A stretch of 64,000 bases of DNA from Candidatus Moraniibacteriota bacterium (GTDB lineage Bacteria > Patescibacteriota > Minisyncoccia > Moranbacterales > UBA1568): the NCBI GenBank assembly GCA_013334245.1, contig JAAXXZ010000002.1, positions 21,166 to 85,165 of the forward strand. Direction: 5' to 3'. The notes beneath the pieces were generated by a model. It did not search any database and was not told the DNA's origin. It saw only the letters and a list, made by a program, of their open reading frames with translations. The number at the start of each line of letters is the position of its first letter. The first letter of the stretch is position 1. Of the stretch, positions 56,778-64,000 are shown in pieces. The position numbers were made by a program, and so were the translations under genes.

Positions 56778-59270
56778 ATGATTCCGGTTAGAATTAAGAA
56801 CAATTTATATAGATTTAAGAGTTTTTGGCTGTTCAAGAAATGGCTTAACAGGCCTGTATTTTTGTTTTGGGCAAATATGTTCCATGGGCATTACACTATG
56901 GATAATACTAAAAATTACATACGAATATTAAAGCCAACCATAGTTCCCTTTTTGGGATCTGTATTGTATAGCGCCTTTATCATATTTATTCTTGAGCTTT
57001 ACAATAAATATTTTCCAATAAATTCTCAGTTTTTTGATAAGGCTTCAACTGATTCATTGCTTACTGCTGTGGCTAGTCTTATGGGTGTATTTCTCGGACT
57101 TTATTTTGCAGCTCTTTCTGGCATTGCAAGCAATTTCTTAATAAGAGCAACACAGGATGTCAGAAGATTCTTTTTTTCTGCTCCCCTGGGGTTGCAATAT
57201 GTTCGCACTATTGCAATTACTGGAATTGTAAGCGTATTTTATTTATTCCTTAAATCGTTTGGGCACACCTTTCACCCCGTTGGCCTTGCTTTTCTGTCTC
57301 TATTAGCTGCATACATAATTATAAGGTTCTGGAGTATTGGATCTTCGGTTTTTAATTCAATGGAACCGGGCAGCTCCTTTCCATTTGTTAGAAAGGATAT
57401 AGAAGATTCTATAAAAGATATTGCACCACCAGGATTTCAATGGCAAACGCCATTGCTTCAAAATCATAGACGTAGATTGGTTGTTACTGATTTGGATTTG
57501 CTAGCAAACTTGGTAGATTTTGGAATTAAAGAACTCGAACTTCCTGATGAGCAGTTGCTTACAGCTATTGCTCACTTGCGATTAATCTTACTCAAATATT
57601 CAGAAAGCAAGGGAAAAATACCCAGAAAGAGTCTCTGGCATGAGACCAAAAGCCAGTTTGAGAATTGGGCATTTACTGACTCTACCCGAATTAGTCTTGC
57701 TCTAAATACCGGAACATCTATCCAGCCTAAATCAATTCAGGATTTCTTCTGGTTTGAAAATAGAGTCTTTGATATTGTCGTCAAAATACTCAATGAGCTT
57801 GGAAAAAAGAACAAAATACTATCTGTATTTCAGGGCTCTGAATATTTTATTGATGTGGCTGAAGAATATGGGGAAAATCTTGAAGAAGAAAATGTAAAAA
57901 CATTGCTTCAAAAACTAGAGGGAATTTTTTCCAACACTCATTTGGAGAAAACAGATGAAGGTCAAGTTGCGCACAAGGAGCAACTTGCACTTTTAGAAAC
58001 CCAGGGAAGATTAGCCATAGCCGCATTACTTGGGCTAATTAGACACATTGATAAATATCCTTGTGAAAAAATTTCATCGAAAATATCTGGGATTAATTGG
58101 AATTCCAAAAAGAAAGAAACTATTTATTTGACGGGACTTCCATCTTCCATGCTGCCAAGATTAGAAGAAATAGAAGCTAATCTGGAAAATGAAAAGGTTA
58201 TTGAGGGCAAGATACAATCTCCTAGATGGTATATAAAAACTCTTTGCATGCAACAGTACTTATACTCTCTTGAGAAGTATTTTATTTATATAAAATCATT
58301 GCATTCTAATTATTTTCAACGAAAATTCGATAAATTATTAGCAGAGGAACAATATTCGCTTGCAGTGCATTTCCTTCAAAGATGGCTTGAGTTTTCCAAT
58401 AAGTATCAGAGTTTAATTGGATATCTCAAAAAACAGGCTGAATGCTGTAGAAAATTTCATTGGGTAAAAGATTTGCCATTTCCAGACTTTGATTTTTCTC
58501 AAGAAGAAAAAACTGCTTTAGACAGAGAAAGAGAGGTTACTGATAAAATGATTCAGTTACTTCCCAAATTAAAATCAGCAGTAACTGGAAAAGAATTACC
58601 TGACTACTTTGGTCAAGCGCTCACTCTTGGGCTCCAAGCTTGCTATGAAGCATGCATGGATAATGATGTGGAAAGATTTATAAATATTTTCCCAATTATT
58701 TTTGATGCATCGCTGGTATCTCATGATAAAATTCGGAAAGAAGTTCAAAATTGGAGCCAGGACGATAGTAAGATTATTTACTCAACAGAACCACTGGCTA
58801 ATCTGTTCGAAATAAGTGGGTTTGCTCTTCTTTATGCGGAGCTATATCAAAAAAATGAACTCTGGGACATAACAAAAAAAACGTGGAATGCATATTTAAA
58901 AATTGTAGATGCTAAAGCGGCAATTCAGTTTATGATTGCAATTGTGGGATACCGAAATAGCTTGTTTGTCTTGATGCCCCAAGCAATTCTGAGAACAAAC
59001 TGGCAGATGAATTTTAATAGAAAAATGAAAGAAGCGGGGTTGCCAGTTTTTCCTGAAGATAGATATGGCAGAAAAGGAAAAATATCTCATAAAAGTGCGT
59101 TAATAAGAGTTATTGCAAAATGGGGAGGCCTATCAATATTTTCTGCCCAAGAAGTATTTTTCACTATTTATTTATCGAATCGTCCTGAAGCAAAAGACCT
59201 AGCTTTCCTAGATAAGCATGAGCTTAAAGAGGAGGTTGAAAAAGAGGAAAAAGGAAACATTGAAGAATAA
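56778..59270 (+). CDS. Large hypothetical protein, N-terminal multi-TM plus helical domain
   Basis: 830 aa AT-rich ORF; true start may be a downstream ATG. Confidence 0.8.
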   Translation: MIPVRIKNNLYRFKSFWLFKKWLNRPVFLFWANMFHGHYTMDNTKNYIRILKPTIVPFLGSVLYSAFIIFILELYNKYFPINSQFFDKASTDSLLTAVASLMGVFLGLYFAALSGIASNFLIRATQDVRRFFFSAPLGLQYVRTIAITGIVSVFYLFLKSFGHTFHPVGLAFLSLLAAYIIIRFWSIGSSVFNSMEPGSSFPFVRKDIEDSIKDIAPPGFQWQTPLLQNHRRRLVVTDLDLLANLVDFGIKELELPDEQLLTAIAHLRLILLKYSESKGKIPRKSLWHETKSQFENWAFTDSTRISLALNTGTSIQPKSIQDFFWFENRVFDIVVKILNELGKKNKILSVFQGSEYFIDVAEEYGENLEEENVKTLLQKLEGIFSNTHLEKTDEGQVAHKEQLALLETQGRLAIAALLGLIRHIDKYPCEKISSKISGINWNSKKKETIYLTGLPSSMLPRLEEIEANLENEKVIEGKIQSPRWYIKTLCMQQYLYSLEKYFIYIKSLHSNYFQRKFDKLLAEEQYSLAVHFLQRWLEFSNKYQSLIGYLKKQAECCRKFHWVKDLPFPDFDFSQEEKTALDREREVTDKMIQLLPKLKSAVTGKELPDYFGQALTLGLQACYEACMDNDVERFINIFPIIFDASLVSHDKIRKEVQNWSQDDSKIIYSTEPLANLFEISGFALLYAELYQKNELWDITKKTWNAYLKIVDAKAAIQFMIAIVGYRNSLFVLMPQAILRTNWQMNFNRKMKEAGLPVFPEDRYGRKGKISHKSALIRVIAKWGGLSIFSAQEVFFTIYLSNRPEAKDLAFLDKHELKEEVEKEEKGNIEE

Positions 59271-59271
59271 T

Positions 59272-60321
59272 ATGAATAGCTTGATAAAAAAAATTATAGA
59301 AAAAATTAAACCTGTCTTGCGGGATCCTCTTTGTCTGAAAAAATGGGATTCTCCTGATCATTATGGGCATCGCTTAGAAGACAGTAATCGTCTATCCGTA
59401 AGGGTTTCAGGCTCCATGAGAAGAGATTTGTACTCTTATAATGGGGATGCTTTTATGTTCACTCAAGATATCTATGCTGGAATAATGCCATTCATGCATT
59501 ACAGAGGAAAAAGAGAAGCCTACCCAACTAAAGTAATGCCTGCAAATAAAGAGAAAGAGCAAATGATTTGCGAAGGAATTTCAGATAGAGGCAATGCATA
59601 TTTCATTGAGGATGCATTGTGTGATTTTGTTAGAAAAACAGCACAAATATTATGCACTGATGGCATTGTATTTTATGAGATAATTTATGACAAAGATGAA
59701 AATGGACAAATTGAGAGTTTTGAATTAGAAACAATCAGGTCAAAATATTTTTTCCGTTTTCTTGGAAATTATTACCAAATAATACCTTGGTGGGAGGCAA
59801 AAAGATCTCACGTTAGAGTTCAGCTTGTAAAAATTCCAAAAGACAAAATTTTAAGAATAGATATCCCTCTTGAACTTGGGGGTGGTAGAAAATTAAAGAG
59901 AGTAATCAAGCGGTTATGGAAATTGAGTAAAGAAATAATACCTATATTTCAAATGGAAGCGATGGAGAATGATAAGAGTATCGGTTTTGATATGGAAAAA
60001 TTTAGCATGGCCAAATATTTAGAAATAGCAAAAGTAACAAGAGATTTTGGGTGGAGCCAGAGACAACGAGCTGAGAGTAGTTCAATCACTGAATACTATC
60101 TGATATTGCGTCATTTAAGAACAAAGAAGGCGGAAGCTTTAATTAGGGAAAAAATTATATTGGAGTTAAACAATACTCTCAATGGACTAGTTTTAAATTT
60201 GGGCGTAAAAGTAAGTATGGACAACTTGTTTACGTTACGAGACGTGGAAAAACAAGAGGAAATTCTAAAAAAAGGAAATGTTACTTTTGTGGATATTGTT
60301 AATGCTATAAAACTAGAATAG
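59272..60321 (+). CDS. Hypothetical protein (weak portal-like motif)
   Basis: ATG one base after the previous stop; AT-rich; GIVFYEIIYDKDENGQI. Confidence 0.7.
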   Translation: MNSLIKKIIEKIKPVLRDPLCLKKWDSPDHYGHRLEDSNRLSVRVSGSMRRDLYSYNGDAFMFTQDIYAGIMPFMHYRGKREAYPTKVMPANKEKEQMICEGISDRGNAYFIEDALCDFVRKTAQILCTDGIVFYEIIYDKDENGQIESFELETIRSKYFFRFLGNYYQIIPWWEAKRSHVRVQLVKIPKDKILRIDIPLELGGGRKLKRVIKRLWKLSKEIIPIFQMEAMENDKSIGFDMEKFSMAKYLEIAKVTRDFGWSQRQRAESSSITEYYLILRHLRTKKAEALIREKIILELNNTLNGLVLNLGVKVSMDNLFTLRDVEKQEEILKKGNVTFVDIVNAIKLE

Positions 60322-60454
60322 CTAAGCTTTATTCATCAAGGTTCTGACTTCTTCCATAACGTGGAGCAAAACGAAATCCGCCCGGAGCCGGAAAATGGGT
60401 TAAGTGCATTTTTTTAAAGATCACGTCTGATTCATTTCGCTTCTTAACTAATAT

Positions 60455-60482
60455 AAAAGGGTATACGTACGTATACCCTTTT
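60455..60482. terminator. Perfect 28-bp palindrome closing the rSAM-peptide operon
   Basis: aaaagggtatacgtacgtataccctttt. Confidence 0.75.
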
Positions 60483-60484
60483 GG

Positions 60485-60523
60485 TTACTTGCCGGCGGAG
60501 CCGGTGCTTGCGCCACTATCCAT
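60485..60523 (-). CDS. Micropeptide MDSGASTGSAGK, putative RiPP precursor
   Basis: AGGAGGT 7 nt before ATG; paralog of the neighbouring peptide. Confidence 0.7.
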   Translation of the reverse strand: MDSGASTGSAGK

Positions 60524-60576
60524 AGCGTTTACCTCCTCTGCGTCATTGTTTTTTTTTGAAAAAAGCCTCTGTTTGA

Positions 60577-60612
60577 CTACTTGCCTGTGGAACCGGTGTT
60601 TGCGCCGCCCAT
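60577..60612 (-). CDS. Micropeptide MGGANTGSTGK, putative RiPP precursor
   Basis: AAAGGAGGTGA SD overlapping the rSAM stop, ATG 5 nt later. Confidence 0.7.
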   Translation of the reverse strand: MGGANTGSTGK

Positions 60613-60617
60613 TATTC

Positions 60618-61760
60618 TCACCTCCTTTCGTGTTCGTTTTGATTTTGGAAAATTGTCGCTTCTATTGCAATTGCCTGTTCGAAATGCATGTCGAGCCACC
60701 TTCGCACGCATTCTTGATAGAGTTTCGAGAGGGTGTTGTCCGGTCCGATGGGGCCGACGGTGAGCGGAGAAAAGTCTTTGCCGAAACGCGATATGCCTGA
60801 CTGAAGCTCCCGTAGGGAATACGCATTGGCGTAGGGGAGCCGGAAACAGGCATCGGCATCGATGACGAAGGTTTCCTTCGGGGCTATGGAGTGCGGGAAA
60901 TATCGGATCTCGATACCGTCGATCTCGAACCAGACCGATGAATAGTCCGCGATTGCTTGTGAGAATGCGCAATCGAAGACTTTTCGCCCTACGGCTTCAA
61001 TCAGTTTTGGTACATCATCTGTCCAGTAGAACTTTAACGTGACGGGTCGATGTTTACTGATTTGCTTCAGTTGTCTCCAGGATTCCTTGAATTGTTCTGC
61101 GGTCACGGAGAGCGGCATGAGCTCGGGTCTGGCCGGGGTTACGGTCGTCACGTGCCACGCTTCGATACTTTGTGTCAGTGTATCGCATGTCGCGACGAGC
61201 GTATCGTAATTGAGGCCTGTGAGCGTGGTCAGCGCGCTTACCGATCCATTTGCAACAAGGATATCATGTGCGGCGTCGATGCCTGTGAGCGCATTACGGA
61301 ACGCCGTAGTGGAACATCGCTGCCGGTTGTGGACGGCCTCTGGTCCGTCTATCGAGATATCAAGCCCGTCGAAGCGGAATCCGGAGGCGAGAATCTCTGG
61401 CAGGTGCCGGACATACGAACCATTGTCGATAAGACCGATATAGGCATCTGGCCGTATTTGTCGTACCGCACGGAGCCAGTCGAGGTGTTCCGGCGAGAAG
61501 GTTCGGCCTTCGTGAATGAGGGCGAATCCATGGGGCATCTGCCGGGAAATCGTTTCGACGGCGATACCGAGAGCGTGACTGTCGGCTGGCAGCGAGTCAT
61601 CGTGGGGGAATATGCAGTGTCGGCATTGCAGATTACACTTCCTCGTACCGATGACAGAGAGAATGTTCGGGAGATCGTCGGGCATACGGGTACGGATCGC
61701 TTCGGCGGAACCCGCCTGACGCATGTATGCCAGCCACAAGTCGGCGACGGAATGTTTCAT
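60618..61760 (-). CDS. Radical SAM enzyme
   Basis: TRKCNLQCRHC (CxxxCxxC), DNGS, DISIDGPEAVHNRQR; likely ATG 61760. Confidence 0.9.
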   Translation of the reverse strand: MKHSVADLWLAYMRQAGSAEAIRTRMPDDLPNILSVIGTRKCNLQCRHCIFPHDDSLPADSHALGIAVETISRQMPHGFALIHEGRTFSPEHLDWLRAVRQIRPDAYIGLIDNGSYVRHLPEILASGFRFDGLDISIDGPEAVHNRQRCSTTAFRNALTGIDAAHDILVANGSVSALTTLTGLNYDTLVATCDTLTQSIEAWHVTTVTPARPELMPLSVTAEQFKESWRQLKQISKHRPVTLKFYWTDDVPKLIEAVGRKVFDCAFSQAIADYSSVWFEIDGIEIRYFPHSIAPKETFVIDADACFRLPYANAYSLRELQSGISRFGKDFSPLTVGPIGPDNTLSKLYQECVRRWLDMHFEQAIAIEATIFQNQNEHERR

Positions 61761-61946
61761 GGTCGTTTTGCTAGGGGTTGTGAAAGGGCTTTTCTGTCCA
61801 GAGTATGAGCTGGTGTTCAAGAATAGACAAAATAGATGAATGAAACAAAGTTCGATTTTGTATTTATATAAAGCAAAAGAAACGACATCTGATTCTATTC
61901 ATCAAAAATATTGACTCTTTGGATGATTCGGGAATATCATAGGCGT

Positions 61947-62744
61947 ATGGAACTCATGGAATCGCTCATCAATCTGGGACTCAACGACAAGGAAGCCAAG
62001 GTGTACCTGGCTCTGCTTCCGCTTGAAAAGGCGACGGCCTATACGGTCGCGGTCCGGAGTGGGCTCAAAAAGCCGACGGCCTATGTCGTGCTCGATACGT
62101 TGGTGGGAAAAGGGTTCGTCTTGAAGATACCGGGCTCGGACAAGCATCTGTTCATGGCGAAGTCCCCGAAGGAATGCGTCGCGGCCGCTCGACAACGACT
62201 CTCGACTGCCGAGGACGCCTTGCCGGAACTCATGGCCCTGCGCAAGAAAGGGGAGGAGAAGGCGAACGTTTCCTATTTCGAGGGGTTCGACGGGATACGG
62301 GAAATGTATACACGATTGGTGACGGATATGAAGGGGAGGCCGATCGGGGACCGCTCGTTTGTCGCCTTCTATGCGCACCAGAAACACACGCCGGACTTTC
62401 TTCGCGACTACTGGCTGGAATTGAACGAGACGTATCGGGAAGCCGGTATCCGTCGGAAGGCGATCACGACACTCGATCCGTCGATTCGGCAGTACCTGGA
62501 GGAAGAGACGAAACGTCGCTTCGGCATGGACCTGCGTCCGCTTCCGGAATCCGAGTATGCAAGCAATGTCTCCATCGAAATCTACGGCGACCGCGTGCAG
62601 ATCGTCTCGCATCGCGGGATTCAGGGCGTACTCATCGAACACCAAGATATCGCCGACGTCATGCGGCAGATATTCGCCTTGGTGTGGAAAACGACGGAAG
62701 TGACGAACGAAGGAAATGAATCGCAGGAACACCTAAACGGATGA
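61947..62744 (+). CDS. TrmB-family transcriptional regulator
   Basis: LGLNDKEAKVYLALL, KKPTAYVVL, YFEG..GI, IEIYGDRV; divergent from the rSAM gene. Confidence 0.88.
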   Translation: MELMESLINLGLNDKEAKVYLALLPLEKATAYTVAVRSGLKKPTAYVVLDTLVGKGFVLKIPGSDKHLFMAKSPKECVAAARQRLSTAEDALPELMALRKKGEEKANVSYFEGFDGIREMYTRLVTDMKGRPIGDRSFVAFYAHQKHTPDFLRDYWLELNETYREAGIRRKAITTLDPSIRQYLEEETKRRFGMDLRPLPESEYASNVSIEIYGDRVQIVSHRGIQGVLIEHQDIADVMRQIFALVWKTTEVTNEGNESQEHLNG

Positions 62745-63838
62745 CTCTTGAAGACCTGGGATACGATGACTTTTTCGAATCGAGCCGCGCGGAGCGCGGA
62801 TCGGAGGGTGTTCGTGTCGCGCGGGTGATCGCGCAGGCGCGCGGCGGGTACCGGGTGAAGGATGCGGACGGGGAATATGTCGCCAAGGTGACGGGAAAGC
62901 GCATGCACACGGCTTCGTCGCGGGAGGACTATCCGGCCGTAGGGGACTGGGTGGAGCTCTCGGACGTCGCGGGAGGTCAGGCGGTGATTCAACAGATACT
63001 GCCGAGAAAAACCGTTATCCGGAGGAAGTCCGTCGGGAAGGGCAACGGATACGAGGGAAAGAGCGGGGTCCAGATTATCGCGACGAACGTCGACGTGGCC
63101 TTCGTCGTCGAGGCGGTCGACCGCGACTACAACCTGAACCGGATGGAGCGCTACTTCGCCATCGCACGTGACGGAGGCGTACGGCCGGCACTCATTTTGA
63201 ACAAAATGGATCTGATACCCGAAGAGGAGCGGGACGCGAAGGTCGCTGAAATCCGTGGACGGTTCGGGAATATCGACGTGATGACGACCAGCACCGTGAA
63301 CGGGGAAGGGGTGGGTTCGGTGCGGAACGCTATCGAGAAAGGGAAGACGTATTGCTTTCTGGGCTCATCGGGCGTCGGGAAGTCGTCGCTTATAAACGGT
63401 CTCCTTGAATCGGATGGCATCCTGACAGGTGAGATCGGCTCGTATTCCGGACGAGGAAAACATGTGACCACCGCGCGCGAGATGTATTTCCTCACAAACG
63501 GTGGGATAGTGATCGACAACCCCGGTGTCCGGGAAGTGGGGATGACGGATACGGAAACCGGTATCGAGGAAAGTTTCGACGAAATCGCTTCGCTTTCCGG
63601 AAAATGCCGGTTCGCCGACTGTACGCACGAACATGAGCCGGGATGTGCGGTCTTGGCCGCGCTTGGATCGGGGGAGATGAACCGGGAACGATACGACAAC
63701 TATCACAGGCTCCGGAAAGAGGCGGAGTTCTTCGGCTCGTCCGCGTTGGAGCGTCGCGACAAGGACCGGAGCTTCGGGAAATTCATGAAGACCGCCAAGA
63801 AGGAACTGAAGAAGCGCAAAGGGTGCTACGTGGACTGA
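62741..63838 (+). CDS. rsgA: Ribosome small subunit-dependent GTPase A
   Basis: AVGDWV, NKMD, GSSGVGKS, H.TT, DNPG, CRFADCTHEHEPGC. Confidence 0.95.
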   Translation: MTLEDLGYDDFFESSRAERGSEGVRVARVIAQARGGYRVKDADGEYVAKVTGKRMHTASSREDYPAVGDWVELSDVAGGQAVIQQILPRKTVIRRKSVGKGNGYEGKSGVQIIATNVDVAFVVEAVDRDYNLNRMERYFAIARDGGVRPALILNKMDLIPEEERDAKVAEIRGRFGNIDVMTTSTVNGEGVGSVRNAIEKGKTYCFLGSSGVGKSSLINGLLESDGILTGEIGSYSGRGKHVTTAREMYFLTNGGIVIDNPGVREVGMTDTETGIEESFDEIASLSGKCRFADCTHEHEPGCAVLAALGSGEMNRERYDNYHRLRKEAEFFGSSALERRDKDRSFGKFMKTAKKELKKRKGCYVD

Positions 63839-63860
63839 CGGAGCTATTGATTCAGCCTTT

Positions 63861-64000
63861 CTATTTCTTCGCCACCGCCCAGAGGGTGTCGAACTGGAGC
63901 TTTTGGAGAGCGGCGAATTCGGCACTCTCGACGATGAACCCGAACGATTCCTTGTTCGAGCTGATAAAGGCGACTTTCTGGTCGTACAGGATGTAGCTCA
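63861..64000 (-). CDS. C-terminus of a third TrmB-family regulator (truncated by window edge)
   Basis: Translates SYILYDQKVAFISSNKESFGFIVESAEFAALQKLQFDTLWAVAKK*, matching the C-termini of the other two TrmB-like proteins. Confidence 0.7.
   Translation of the reverse strand, partial: SYILYDQKVAFISSNKESFGFIVESAEFAALQKLQFDTLWAVAKK

Noticed and set aside
60577-60972. 131-aa minus-strand ORF ending in MGGANTGSTGK
   Set aside because: It overlaps the rSAM gene in another frame; the SD position supports only the final 11 codons
52051-61900. Prophage or integrase-driven island
   Set aside because: No integrase or clear phage structural genes, and I saw no distal tRNA 3' duplication beyond 52051

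Overview
Bacterial chromosomal window whose gene content and short palindromic repeats resemble Patescibacteria/CPR (inference). Housekeeping genes: pnp, yraN, lspA, comM, rsmA, lemA-htpX, pyk, msrB/msrA, dnaG-rpoD, rsgA, tRNA-Ser(GGA) and tRNA-Asn(GTT). It also holds a split two-component system, a ~15 kb secreted-protein/adhesin cluster (32.8-47.3 kb), and an accessory island after tRNA-Asn (52-62 kb) with an AbiE toxin-antitoxin pair, an AT-rich gene pair and a radical SAM locus. Two observations stand out. (1) The radical SAM gene is followed directly by two unannotated 11-12 aa ORFs (MGGANTGSTGK, MDSGASTGSAGK), each with a strong Shine-Dalgarno, then a perfect 28-bp palindrome, and a decayed third copy lies 4 kb away; this is a candidate minimal RiPP system. 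(2) Both tRNA genes sit in the same architecture: upstream tRNA 5'-half copies interrupted by hairpin inserts, a small GIY-YIG nuclease gene, and a downstream ~110-nt structured element bounded by inverted and direct copies of that tRNA's own 3' end; this is a candidate tRNA-targeting element. All calls come from reading the sequence; no database searches were run.
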